In this document: positions 51,044-62,100 of the stretch, in pieces
Position numbering within the stretch: the stretch's first letter is position 1
How the letters are laid out: each line of letters begins with the position of its first letter
Source: Myxococcota bacterium
GTDB taxonomy: Bacteria > Myxococcota_A > SURF-8 > G963663525
Length of the DNA stretch: 64,000 nt
NCBI GenBank assembly: GCA_963676915.2
Contig: CAXXVK010000053.1
Location: 134,746-198,745 of the forward strand
Direction: 5' to 3'
Position numbers and translations under genes: made by a program
The notes under the pieces: model-generated
What the model was told of the DNA's origin: nothing
Seen by the model: the letters and a program-made list of their open reading frames with translations, nothing else
Databases searched by the model: none

Positions 51044-53197
51044 TCAACCCGATACCCTTATCACTTCATCCACGGAGGTCAACCCTCTAGAAGCCTTCCA
51101 CAAGCCGGTTTCCCTGAGCAGTTTCATGCCCAGATTCTCCGTTGCGTATTCCTTTATTGTTCCTGAGTCGGCTCCTCTTACAATGAGTTTCTTCAATTGC
51201 TTATCGATACTCAAAACCTCCTCTATCATCAATCTGCCTTTATATCCGGTATTGTTACATTTATAACACCCCTTACTACCATAAAATATCATCTTGTCGT
51301 TTGTTTCAAAATCATATCTTCCCAAATTCAGCTTGTCGGTTTGTAGAAGTTCCTTGCAGTCCGGGCAAAGTTTGCGTACCAGCCTTTGTGCGGCGATAAG
51401 TCTGACCGATTCGGCGACTAAATAGGGGTCGCAGCCCATATTGACAAGCCTCGTTACACTTGATGAGGCATCGTTGGTATGAAGAGTCGACAGCACCAAG
51501 TGACCGGTTAGTGCCGCCTTCATGGCAATGTCCATAGTCTCTTTGTCCCTCATCTCTCCTACCATGATCACATCCGGATCTTGGCGGAGAAAAGATCTCA
51601 GCGCTTTTGCAAAATCCAACCCCACATGCGGATTCACCTGCACCTGCGTGAGTCGGTGGACTTCATATTCCACTGGATCTTCCACGGTCATAATGTTGCG
51701 ATGGCTTTCATTTAGAGATTGCAGCGCCGTATAAAGAGTCGTGGATTTTCCTGAGCCAGTGGGCCCCGTGACTAGAATGACTCCATTTGGAAGTCTCACC
51801 GCATCCTTGAAGGCCGACAATGCCGATGCCTCCATACCAAGGGCTTCGAGGTCGAGCGACACGGCAGAGGAATCCAGCAGGCGAATGACGACCTTTTCTC
51901 CGAACCTTGCCGGAATACTCGAAACCCGCATGTCTATTTTTCTGCCCGAATGGCTGACTTTAATTCGTCCGTCCTGGGGGACTCTCCTTTCGGCAATATC
52001 CATCATGGACATTATCTTTATTCTTGACACTATCGCAGGTGTCATGGATTTTATTATGGATTCCTGTTCGTACAGAATTCCATCAACTCTATACCGTACG
52101 CCCAGACTTATTTCCCTAGGCTCGATGTGAATATCGCTGGCTCCCATTGAAATAGCATTTTCAAGAATTGCGTTAACCGTATTTATTACTGGAGCTTTAT
52201 TGGCCGATTCCGCGAGAACCTCAAGAGTGACACCCTCCTGCTCATCTTCTAAGGTACCTACATCTGTGGCGGTTTTTTTTGAAAAAACATCGCTTATAAC
52301 TTTCATAAGCGACCGTTTTTTTTCACTTCCGTCGATATACCCAAACAAATCCGCAATCACATCCGGATCTGCTATCACCATTTTGTAAGACTTTCCTTGC
52401 CGGGAGAAGTCATTAAAAAAATCTTGAAGCGTCAAATCAAAGGGGTTACTCAATACAAAGGCTATGTCCTTGGCGAGATCTTGCAGAGGAACCATTCTGT
52501 TCGCCCTGCAAAAAGGTGTGGGAGCGACTCCCAGCATAACGTCCTTTTCGTTTATCTGTTCAATATACGGTAAATTATAAAATTCCGCTATATGCTGAGC
52601 CATTTCCCTATTGCGAAACCCTACCAAACCTCCAAAGGCATATATATTCGCTATAGAGGTCTCTGTAAGCATCCGCTTCTGCTCAGAGTCCATTTTGACC
52701 TTTTCGATCAAATATTTTTTGAACTTTTCAAATCCGTACTTGCCCGAATCCTCCGGTTCATCCTTCCGCGACATTTCCTGAATATGTTTCCACTGCCTCC
52801 TCAGCTTCAATCCCTTTTCTACTTTGTCCAGCAGGTCGCCTTTGGAAAAGGGTTTTACAATGTAAGCGGTCGCCCCAACAGCAAACGCTTTTGCCCGATC
52901 CTTTTCATTTCCTAAAGCCGATACAAATATTACGGGTATGCTGGAAGTGATTTGATTTTTCTGCAACTGGTTGCAAACCTCGAACCCATTCATACCCGAC
53001 ATCATGATGTCCAGGAGGATTACGTCGGGTTTGTGTTCTTTCGCCTGCTTTATCGCTTCCTCGCCATTGATTGCGAAAATCGTTTCATAGTTATTTTTAC
53101 TTAAAATGGTCTTCACGATTCTGTGCTGAAGCTTTTCATCATCCACCGATAGAATCAAAGGTATTTCGCCAGATCTATTATCAGCTACGGTCATCAT
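51044..53197 (-). CDS. Receiver-domain-fused GspE/PilB-family ATPase
   Basis: N-terminal REC (VDDE, LLDIMM, KPF); ASDIHIEP, GPTGSGKST, EDPVE, LRQDPDVIMVGEMRD, TGHLVLSTLH, CPDC/CYKC. Confidence 0.92.
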   Translation of the reverse strand: MMTVADNRSGEIPLILSVDDEKLQHRIVKTILSKNNYETIFAINGEEAIKQAKEHKPDVILLDIMMSGMNGFEVCNQLQKNQITSSIPVIFVSALGNEKDRAKAFAVGATAYIVKPFSKGDLLDKVEKGLKLRRQWKHIQEMSRKDEPEDSGKYGFEKFKKYLIEKVKMDSEQKRMLTETSIANIYAFGGLVGFRNREMAQHIAEFYNLPYIEQINEKDVMLGVAPTPFCRANRMVPLQDLAKDIAFVLSNPFDLTLQDFFNDFSRQGKSYKMVIADPDVIADLFGYIDGSEKKRSLMKVISDVFSKKTATDVGTLEDEQEGVTLEVLAESANKAPVINTVNAILENAISMGASDIHIEPREISLGVRYRVDGILYEQESIIKSMTPAIVSRIKIMSMMDIAERRVPQDGRIKVSHSGRKIDMRVSSIPARFGEKVVIRLLDSSAVSLDLEALGMEASALSAFKDAVRLPNGVILVTGPTGSGKSTTLYTALQSLNESHRNIMTVEDPVEYEVHRLTQVQVNPHVGLDFAKALRSFLRQDPDVIMVGEMRDKETMDIAMKAALTGHLVLSTLHTNDASSSVTRLVNMGCDPYLVAESVRLIAAQRLVRKLCPDCKELLQTDKLNLGRYDFETNDKMIFYGSKGCYKCNNTGYKGRLMIEEVLSIDKQLKKLIVRGADSGTIKEYATENLGMKLLRETGLWKASRGLTSVDEVIRVSG

Positions 53198-53975
53198 TCA
53201 TCCCCTTTAAATCGTTGAAAACTTCCGTAAGCTTTGCAATAGCTTTTTCAAGCCTCTCTATCAATTCGTCTGCATTTTCCAAATTGTTCTTAGCCCCCGC
53301 ATCTTCCAGGGCTAACGCGGCTTTTTGGGTTGCACCTGCTCCTACGGAGGCTGCATTTCCTTTAATAGAATGTGCGGCAAGCCGGATGTTTTCCACATCC
53401 TTTCGCTCAATAGCCTCCTTCAAAACTTTCATTTTTACGGCACACTCATTTATAAATTCTTCAATCAACTCACACCAGATTTCCTCGTCGTTATCGACCA
53501 CTTCCATAAGGTGCTTACGGTCTAGAATACTGTCTTTATTTTCACTGTTACCCGTCTGTTTCTCATTGGACGCATCTTTAGAATCTGGTGTTTTTCCAGA
53601 CAGGTATTTAAGTACCACTTCATTAAACTCATGCTTTTGAATGGGCTTTGAGACAAAATCGTTCATTCCAGCCTTGATGCACAGATCCATTTCCTCTGCT
53701 GTGCTTTTCGCTGTCATTGCCAATATGGGAATGTTATGGTCAAGCACTGGAGACGAAACGTCCCGAATCTTTCGAGTTGCCTCGAGTCCATCCATTACTG
53801 GCATGTCCACATCCATAAATACGAGGCCGTAAACTTTTTTTGAAAGAGCCTCAACCGCGAGTGCTCCATTCTCTACCTCGTCCACCTCAAAACCGCGACT
53901 TTCAAGAAACAGCTTCGCCACGATTCGGTTTGTTAAGCCATCGTCGGCTATCAAAATTTTTTCACCGAAACCCAT
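53181..53975 (-). CDS. REC-Hpt phosphorelay protein
   Basis: IADD, FMDVDMP, SKP; AHSIKG Hpt motif. Confidence 0.9.
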   Translation of the reverse strand: MGFGEKILIADDGLTNRIVAKLFLESRGFEVDEVENGALAVEALSKKVYGLVFMDVDMPVMDGLEATRKIRDVSSPVLDHNIPILAMTAKSTAEEMDLCIKAGMNDFVSKPIQKHEFNEVVLKYLSGKTPDSKDASNEKQTGNSENKDSILDRKHLMEVVDNDEEIWCELIEEFINECAVKMKVLKEAIERKDVENIRLAAHSIKGNAASVGAGATQKAALALEDAGAKNNLENADELIERLEKAIAKLTEVFNDLKGMNDDRS

Positions 53976-54522
53976 TTTGAATTCCCCATCAATTTTTATC
54001 TGACCTGCATTCCCTGTTTCTACGCTTATAGAAGCTCCATTGAAATTTTCTTCGCAGATTCGGTTCTTCTTTAAAATGGATAGAAGTCATCCTAAAAATA
54101 CACTCCTGTCGCCTTTCGGACGCTCTCGGTCGACTTCGCCGCCTGTATCGACTTGAAAGACTCCCGGTATTCCGCGTCTTGCCAACGACGAATTCGTCTC
54201 GAAATCACCTCGAAATCCTCAGTCGGTATTTTTAGGATGACTTCTAACAGTCTCTCTTTCAATTGCGGAAAAATTGGTTTTCGATAGTCCATTGGCTTCG
54301 TTAATAATATCAGTCCCCTAAGATTCCAACGATAATACGCGTTGGAATCAATGATGTTTTTCTAGAATGCCTGACAGTAATCCTCAAACCTCTAAGCGAA
54401 ATTGACTCTATATGCTATCTTAAGCGCCTTAGACACCATCCAACACACTCATAATATAACCCTTAGTCAATTTAAGTAAAACTTCTTCGAGAAGCCGCCT
54501 TTCGTCATACACCTCCCCCTTA

Positions 54523-54550
54523 TTGACATTGAATGTTTCAACGATATAAT
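54523..54550 (+). promoter_or_regulatory. Consensus sigma70 promoter of the hybrid kinase
   Basis: TTGACA-16 nt-TATAAT, 54 nt upstream of the ATG. Confidence 0.7.
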
Positions 54551-54604
54551 ATTACCATATATTTCTTCCAGGGACAAATTGCAACACCGATATAGGCAAA
54601 CCTA

Positions 54605-57600
54605 ATGCAACAAAATAATGACAAAACAAACGCAAGTGGAAGTATTCTATATACTAAAAAGTATTTTGAACAATTTAAATCAAATCAAACAGAACTGCTT
54701 CAATCCATTTCAAACTCAACCAACGACGCAATCGTTTTGATAGATTCTGAAGGACGAATCACGTTTTGGAACCCTGCTGCTGAAAAAATGCTGCAATACG
54801 AAATCAATGAGGTTATCGGTAAAAAATATCATCAATTATTGACACCCAAACGCTATTTGGACGCTCATTTGAAAGCTTTTGAGCAATTTCAGAAGACGGG
54901 CACGGGTTCTACCATTGGCCAAACTCTGGAACTTGAAGTCAAGCGAAAAGATCAAGTAGAAATTTCAGTAGAGTTGTCTTTATCGGCACTCAAGGGAGAA
55001 GACGGTTGGAATGCGGTTGGAATCATGCGGGATATCACCAAACGAAAGCTGGCGAAAAAAGCGCTTGAAGAAAGTGAAAAGCGCTTCATGGATGTATTTT
55101 ATGCATCGGAAGACGCTCTTTTATTGCTTGACGGTGACAAATTTATACATTGCAACAACGCTACAATTCAAATGCTTGGATACCAAAAACGCGAAGACTT
55201 TTTAAATTCTCACCCCTCTGATTTGTCTCCGGAAAAGCAACCAGACGGCAGATTGTCGGCTGAAAAAGCAAATGAAATGATACAGGTCACCTTCAACAAA
55301 GGTTTTCATCGATTTGAATGGATTCATAAAAAAGCAGATGGAACTTCATTTCCTGTGGAAGTTTCCTTGACTCCAATATTTTACAAAGGAAAAACGGTTT
55401 TACACTGCCTTTGGAGAGACATATCAGAGAAAAAACGAGTAGAAAAAGAAGCTGAAACCTCTAGAAAGAATCTATTGACCATTTTGGAAAAAAGTCCATA
55501 TGGTGTCGTTCTGATTGGAAAAAATCGTAAAATACTGTGGGCGAATGACTATGCACGAAGCCTCGTGAACGTTGAGGATCTATCTCAACTTATCGGTGCA
55601 CGATGTGAAACATATATAAGTAGCGTATCTCAATGTGAATGTCCTCTTCTGGACAAAGGCAAAACCTTCGAAAAATCGGAGGAAATACTTCGCAGACACG
55701 ATGGTACACAAATTCCAATCCTAAAGTCTGCAGTATTGGTTGAGCATAACGGGGAAGAGGTTCTTTTAGAAACGTTTATAGACATTTCCGAGCGAAAAAA
55801 AGCGGAATCCGAACTGCGTCGCTACTCTGAAGAAATTGAAAAGTCGCTAACGTATCAAAAAGCGCTTTTCGAAAACAGCACCGTAGGAATCCTTGTGGTT
55901 ACCGGCGATCGAATCGTTTCCGACTCCAACCCTTTGTTGCTGGAAATGCTAGGCTATGAACGTGAAGAGTTCATTGGCAAATCCGTCGAAGTGATGCATG
56001 TTTCAAGGGATTCTTTTGAGCGGTTCGGAGTTGAATATTTTTCTAAAACGGCGAACAAGGAAAATGTAACGGTGGAGTACCCGTTCCGAAGAAAAAACGG
56101 GGAGGTCTTTTGGGCTAACATTTCTGGGAAAGCTTTTAATAAGCATGACCTTTCCCAAGGTGCCGTGTGGTCTATTTCGGACATTACCGAACGAAAACAA
56201 GCAGAAAAAGACCTTACAGAAACCAACGAAAAGCTCATTCAAATGACGGCTACAGCCAACGAAATGGCCAAGAAAGCCGAAGCTGCGAATATTGCAAAGA
56301 GCCACTTTTTGGCCAACATGAGCCATGAAATACGCACTCCAATGAATGCTGTGGTAGGCATGGCGGACCTCTTGATGGACACAACGCTTGATCCCCAACA
56401 AAAAGATTATGTCTCTGTGATTATAAAAAGTGCGGATTCCTTATTGAATTTGATTAACGATATTCTCGATTACTCCAAGATAGAGGCTGAACATCTTGAT
56501 ATAGAGCAGATAGAATTTGATCTGCGTGATTTACTGGAAAGTGCGGTTGATGTCCTCGCTCTTCGTGCTCATGAAAAGAATCTGGAATTTGTAAGTTTTT
56601 TGCCTCCGGAAATCCCTAACTCTCTCATCGGTGACCCCGGTCGTATTCGTCAGGTAATAACAAACCTTGTCAACAATGCAATCAAGTTTACACACGAGGG
56701 TGAAGTTTCTATACGAGTTTCCTTGTCCAATGAATTGAATGATCGTGTGTTGCTTAGGTTTGAAATCAAGGATTCTGGCATTGGAATGTCAGAGGCAGAA
56801 AGACAGAAACTCTTTAAACCATTTGTACAAGCTGATACTTCCACAACTCGGAAATATGGAGGCACTGGCCTTGGCCTTTCCATCTCAAAAAAACTTGTGG
56901 AGTTGATGGGAGGTAAAATAGGGGTATTTAGCGAACAGGGACAAGGCTCGACGTTTTGGTTTACCTTGAATCTAACGAAGCAAAAAAACCAGGCAAGCAA
57001 CAAGCATGATATTATACCAGGAGATATTCGTGCGGTACGGATTCTTGCGGTCGATGACAATGAGTCGAATCGTAAAGTCTTAAAAGCTATGTTGAAAAAC
57101 TGGGGATGTCGTTTCGATCTCGCGGAAGATGGAAAGTCCGCACTTGAGCGAATGTATGGTGCGGCTTTTAGTAACGATCCCTTTAGGTTAGTGATAACGG
57201 ACATGGCCATGCCTGGTATGGACGGGAAGGAACTGGGGAAAAAAATTAAAGAAGATGATAAATTAAACAAAACTTCCCTTGTAATGCTCACATCCATTGG
57301 TCAGGGAGGTGATGCGAATGTTTTTTATAAAATTGGCTTCGACGCATACCTAACCAAACCGATAAAACAATCTCAACTTTATAATTGTCTTGTAAATGTC
57401 ATCGGCACGAGAGATGAAAAAACGAAAAACAAGACAAGAACTTATTTAATGACCAACGACAATCTTGTAAAAAACAAACGCTATAATCTTCGTGCGTTAT
57501 TGGTTGAAGACAATGTGTTTAATCAGATGGTTGCGAAAGAAATCCTGGGCAAACTAGGTCTCGATGTCGAGTTGGCTGAAAATGGTTTAGTTGCGATCAC

Positions 57601-58258
57601 TACGTTGGAAAAAAATAATTTTGACTTGGTTTTTATGGATATGCAAATGCCGGAAATGGATGGTATTGAAGCAACAATAACAATCAGAAATCCCGATTCG
57701 AATGTGATAAACCATGACATCCCAATCATTGCCATGACCGCCAATGCCATGAAAGGGGACAAAGAAGCCTGTTTGGAAGCAGGAATGGATGATTACCTTT
57801 CCAAACCTCTCAATCGAAGCGAATTGATGAGAGTGTTGGAAAAAGTCGACATGCAAATCAAAACGCAAGATCATTCCATTTCGAAAACGGACAACTCGCC
57901 CGATGAGAAAAGCCTCTTTGACGAAGAAGCTCTGCTAGACAGATTCGACAACGACCGGGAGCTGATAAAAATCATTCTCTCGACCTTTGTTGGTGAAGTT
58001 TCAGAGCAATTGAAAATGCTTGAGGAATTTGTCAAAGAGGGTGATTTGGAAAACTCGAAAAGACAGGCTCACTCCATTAAAGGCGCTTCTGGAAACGCGG
58101 GTGCTTCTGCACTTTATGACCTTTCATTGAATTTGGAACAAGAACTGAAAAAATCGAATATTGAATCAGCGGGAGAAATGCTCGCTGAAATGAAAAGGTC
58201 TTTGGACTCTCTAATTAAGCTTCTTGTCCCCAAAGGATATCTCGATAAAATGAAATAA
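54605..58258 (+). CDS. Cytoplasmic hybrid histidine kinase (4xPAS-HisKA-HATPase-REC-REC-Hpt)
   Basis: PAS/PAC repeats; FLANMSHEIRTPMN, NLVNNAIKFT, GGTGLGL; two REC domains; AHSIKG. Confidence 0.95.
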   Translation: MQQNNDKTNASGSILYTKKYFEQFKSNQTELLQSISNSTNDAIVLIDSEGRITFWNPAAEKMLQYEINEVIGKKYHQLLTPKRYLDAHLKAFEQFQKTGTGSTIGQTLELEVKRKDQVEISVELSLSALKGEDGWNAVGIMRDITKRKLAKKALEESEKRFMDVFYASEDALLLLDGDKFIHCNNATIQMLGYQKREDFLNSHPSDLSPEKQPDGRLSAEKANEMIQVTFNKGFHRFEWIHKKADGTSFPVEVSLTPIFYKGKTVLHCLWRDISEKKRVEKEAETSRKNLLTILEKSPYGVVLIGKNRKILWANDYARSLVNVEDLSQLIGARCETYISSVSQCECPLLDKGKTFEKSEEILRRHDGTQIPILKSAVLVEHNGEEVLLETFIDISERKKAESELRRYSEEIEKSLTYQKALFENSTVGILVVTGDRIVSDSNPLLLEMLGYEREEFIGKSVEVMHVSRDSFERFGVEYFSKTANKENVTVEYPFRRKNGEVFWANISGKAFNKHDLSQGAVWSISDITERKQAEKDLTETNEKLIQMTATANEMAKKAEAANIAKSHFLANMSHEIRTPMNAVVGMADLLMDTTLDPQQKDYVSVIIKSADSLLNLINDILDYSKIEAEHLDIEQIEFDLRDLLESAVDVLALRAHEKNLEFVSFLPPEIPNSLIGDPGRIRQVITNLVNNAIKFTHEGEVSIRVSLSNELNDRVLLRFEIKDSGIGMSEAERQKLFKPFVQADTSTTRKYGGTGLGLSISKKLVELMGGKIGVFSEQGQGSTFWFTLNLTKQKNQASNKHDIIPGDIRAVRILAVDDNESNRKVLKAMLKNWGCRFDLAEDGKSALERMYGAAFSNDPFRLVITDMAMPGMDGKELGKKIKEDDKLNKTSLVMLTSIGQGGDANVFYKIGFDAYLTKPIKQSQLYNCLVNVIGTRDEKTKNKTRTYLMTNDNLVKNKRYNLRALLVEDNVFNQMVAKEILGKLGLDVELAENGLVAITTLEKNNFDLVFMDMQMPEMDGIEATITIRNPDSNVINHDIPIIAMTANAMKGDKEACLEAGMDDYLSKPLNRSELMRVLEKVDMQIKTQDHSISKTDNSPDEKSLFDEEALLDRFDNDRELIKIILSTFVGEVSEQLKMLEEFVKEGDLENSKRQAHSIKGASGNAGASALYDLSLNLEQELKKSNIESAGEMLAEMKRSLDSLIKLLVPKGYLDKMK

Positions 58259-58619
58259 ACACCCCTCTCCTGAATGCATGGACTTTGGCATTGTGAATTG
58301 AATTAGTTACGATCTTCCCGGACAGTTGAAAGATGCAAAGGAGCCAGCCCTGGGAATCCTTCAAAATCCCCAAGGACTGGCGGGCGGTCCTTTTTTTTTG
58401 GCGTCTTCCGTCCATTCCGCAATGATATCAAAGGGCGCCATGTGTGTGTAGGTGGGCGGGACAGGCGACCCTCCTTGTAGGAGCAATTGCAGAGGTGTCA
58501 ATTGAGCAAGCGGCGCTTCTCATGGCTCGGTCGGCTTTTAAACACCGATCCCACGTTTTTTGCAAAATTGAAAGGAACCACACCTCAAAATCAAAATATC
58601 GGAGAGATCATGACAAGAT

Positions 58620-59162
58620 CTAATGCTTCCCGCCATGTTTCATATGCCCGTCCGATTGGCCTGCTCCCTTACCGGAAACGATCTCCCCACAGCGTAACAT
58701 TTTCGCTCCGTAATAAGGATTGGCAACGGTAGTGTCGTTTTGTTGCAGCCAGGAGCCGGGAGCCATGGAGCAATACATCACCGACACGCCGTGCGGCTTG
58801 CTCATTGTCGCCCACATCGCCATGGGTTGGGATAGTTTTTTGAGCGCTTCACGCATGGCGGCGATATCTTTTGCATCAGCCATCGCTTTTGCTGCTGTCT
58901 TGATCTTACCTGGCAGGTTTTTGTAGTGTTTGGCATGTTTTCCCGTAACGGAAGAGGTATCCAGTTTCTCTGAAAGTTTGACCATCTCTTTTGCGACCTT
59001 TTTGACGCCGTCTGTTTTGTCGGTAGCCAGCGTTTTGGGAATTTTGAGATATTGTTCCAATACGGGTTGCATCTGTTTGTCGAAATCCTTCGTTTCCGCA
59101 TGGGCCAAAACAGTGAAAATCATTAACATTATTACTGCAAGGCCGAGTCTTTGGATATTCAT
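58620..59162 (-). CDS. DUF3347-like periplasmic metal-efflux accessory protein
   Basis: Signal peptide; YCSMA..SWLQ...NPYYG..MLRCG. Confidence 0.85.
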   Translation of the reverse strand: MNIQRLGLAVIMLMIFTVLAHAETKDFDKQMQPVLEQYLKIPKTLATDKTDGVKKVAKEMVKLSEKLDTSSVTGKHAKHYKNLPGKIKTAAKAMADAKDIAAMREALKKLSQPMAMWATMSKPHGVSVMYCSMAPGSWLQQNDTTVANPYYGAKMLRCGEIVSGKGAGQSDGHMKHGGKH

Positions 59163-62100
59163 CTTCTATCTCCTTGTTTTGTGCTTTCGGTTTTCAATCG
59201 CCAGCCTTTCCATATCAGGTAAACGGCTGGTAAAATCAGCAACGTAAGAAGGGTGGACGACACCAACCCGCCTACCATCGGGGCGGCGATGCGCTTCATG
59301 ATGCGCACGCCGGTTTCCGTGCCGAAAAGTATCGGTAGCAGGCCGAATGTGGTGGTAGCCACCGTCATCAGCTTGGGTCGCACGCGATCCACCGCACCTT
59401 CCATAATGATGGCTTTTAGATCGGACAAGCTATGCAGGTTGTCCTCACGTTGCCAGCGCTTGTAGGTTTCATCCAGATAAACCAGCATCACCACGCCGGT
59501 CTCCGCCGCCAAGCCCGCCAGGGCGATGAATCCTACCGCGACCGCTACGGACAGGTTGTATCCCTCCCACGCCATCAGCCATACCCCACCGATCAGTGCG
59601 AAAGGAAGGGTCAGCATGACGATCAAGCTTTCTTCCACATTTCGAAAATGCAGGAACAATAGCAGGAAGATTATGGCCAGCGTCAACGGCACCACCACCG
59701 CAAGCCGTTTACCGGCTCGTTCCATGTATTCGAATTGGCCGGACCAGACGATGGAAACGCCCGGAGGCAGGGAAATTTGTTCGGATACCACCTGCTTGGC
59801 ACGTTCGACGTACCCCCCCACATCCGAGGTTTTGAGATCGACGAAAACCCACGCCGTGCGCCGTGCGTTTTCGCTTTTGATGGCGGGTGCGCCTTTGTGA
59901 ATGGCAATGTCCGCCACCTGAGCCAGAGGAACGGCGTGGCCCATCGGAGTCGGTACAGCCACTCGTTTCAGTTTGTCGATGTTCGAGCGCAGCTCTCGCG
60001 GATATCGGATGCTGATGGGGTAACGCTCCAGTCCCTCCACCGTAGTTCCCACATTCATGCCGCCGATGGCGTGCTTGACCACATCGTTGACTGCACCCAC
60101 GGTGAGGCCGTAACGAGCGGCATCTTCACGACGAACGGTGATATCCACGTAGTTTCCGCCGGTTACACGCTCCGAATAGGCCGATAATGTTTCTGGCAGA
60201 TCACGCAATACCGCCTCGATACGTTGTCCCAACTCGGATAGGACTTCCAGATCCGACCCCATCAACTTGACTCCCACAGGCGTTTTTATCCCTGTGGCCA
60301 GCATGTCGATACGGGTGCGGATAGGCATCGTCCAGGCGTTGGTCAATCCTGGAAATTGCACCATAGCGTCCAGTTCGCGAATGATATCCTCGATGCTCTT
60401 GCCTTCGGGCCAGGTGCTTTGATCGGTCAACGTGATAGTCGTTTCAATCATGGAAAGCGGAGCCGGATCGGTGGCGGTTTCGGCTCGTCCGATTTTACCC
60501 AACACATGGTCCACCTGGGGATGTTTGGCGATCAGTTTGTCTGTCTGTTGCAATAATTCCTTGGCTTTGGTGATCGAAATCCCTGGTGGTGTCGTGGGCA
60601 TGTATAGCAGGTCGCCCTCGTTCAAAGGGGGCATGAACTCCGATCCGAGTTTGCTGTAGGGAAACCATGTGAGTCCCGAGAGAAGAACGGCAAACAGCAA
60701 GGTCGTCTTCGGAAAGCGCAGAACGCCCCGCAAAACAGGCTTGTACAGCCCGATAAACAAGCGACTGATGGGATTTTTCGCTTCATGCAGAATACGTCCG
60801 CGCACGAAAAACGTCATCAGCACCGGAATAATGGTAATGGCTAAAACCGCGCTGGCCGCCATGGCGAAGGTTTTGGTGTACGCCAGCGGAGTGAACAAAC
60901 GGCCTTCCTGTTGTTCCAGAGTAAAGACCGGCAGAAAAGAAACGGTGACGATCAGCAACGAGAAAAACAGCGCCGGACCGACTTCCTTGGCCGAGGCTAT
61001 CACAAGTTCGGTTTGTGAGGCATCCGGTTGGCGTTCTTTGTGTTTATGCAGGTTTTCCACCATCACCACGGAGGCATCCACCATCACGCCGATCGCGATG
61101 GCAATGCCGCCCAATGACATGATATTGGCGTTGACACCCAAGAGCTTCATGATGAGAAAGCTCACCAAAATCCCCACCGGCAAAGTGAATATCGCCACGA
61201 AACTGGAGCGTAGATGCAGCAGGAACAGCATGATAATCAAGGCGACGACCAGCATTTCCGTGCCGAGTTTTTCCACGAGCGAACGAATCGCACGCAGGAT
61301 CAGTGTCGATCTATCGTAACCTGCATGAATTTCCACGTCTTTTGGTAATCCGATCTTCAGTTCGTCCAGGCGGTTTTTCACCCGTTGGATCACCTCCAGC
61401 GCATTTTCTCCGTAGCGCATCACAACGATACCCGCCACGGCTTCCCCTTCGCCGTTCAATTCGATCACCCCCCGGCGAATGTCCGGCCCGAGATGAATAT
61501 CGGCCACCTGTTTCAGCATGATCGGAGTATGGGTGTCGGCATCCACGCCTACGGGAATATTTTCCAAATCGGCGATGCTTTGCACGTAGCCTTTGCCACG
61601 TACCATGAACTCCGTTTCACCCATTTCCAGCAAACGTCCGCCTACGTCGATATTGCTGTCTTTGACCGCCATGTTCACATGACGAAGCGAAAGACCGTAG
61701 GCACGCAATTTCTCCGGGTCCACCTCGATTTGATATTGCTTGACGAAACCGCCCGCGCTGGCGACCTCGGCCACGCCTTTCAGCGCCATCAATTCGTAAC
61801 GTAGATACCAATCCTGAATAGAACGCAATTGGGCTAAATCGTGGTGTTTGGAGGTCAACGAATACATGTATACCCAACCCACGCCGGTAGCATCCGGGCC
61901 GAGTTGAGGGGTGACGCCTTCGGGCAAGCGGCCTTTGATGCCGTTCAGATATTCCAAAACTCGCGACCGTGCCCAGTAGATGTCGGTACCATCCTCGAAA
62001 ATGATGTAGACGAAAGACATACCGAAAAAGGAATACCCACGCACGTTTTTGGCATAAGGCACGGAAAGCATTGCGGTGGTTAGCGGGTAGGTGACCTGGT

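Noticed and set aside
54092-54292. 66-aa ORF between REC-Hpt and the kinase
   Set aside because: No clear RBS or recognisable motif; may be a gene remnant but cannot be supported
58336-58399. c-di-GMP or other riboswitch in the hairpin plus T-run
   Set aside because: Lacks the GEMM consensus and lies between convergent 3' ends; more simply a terminator
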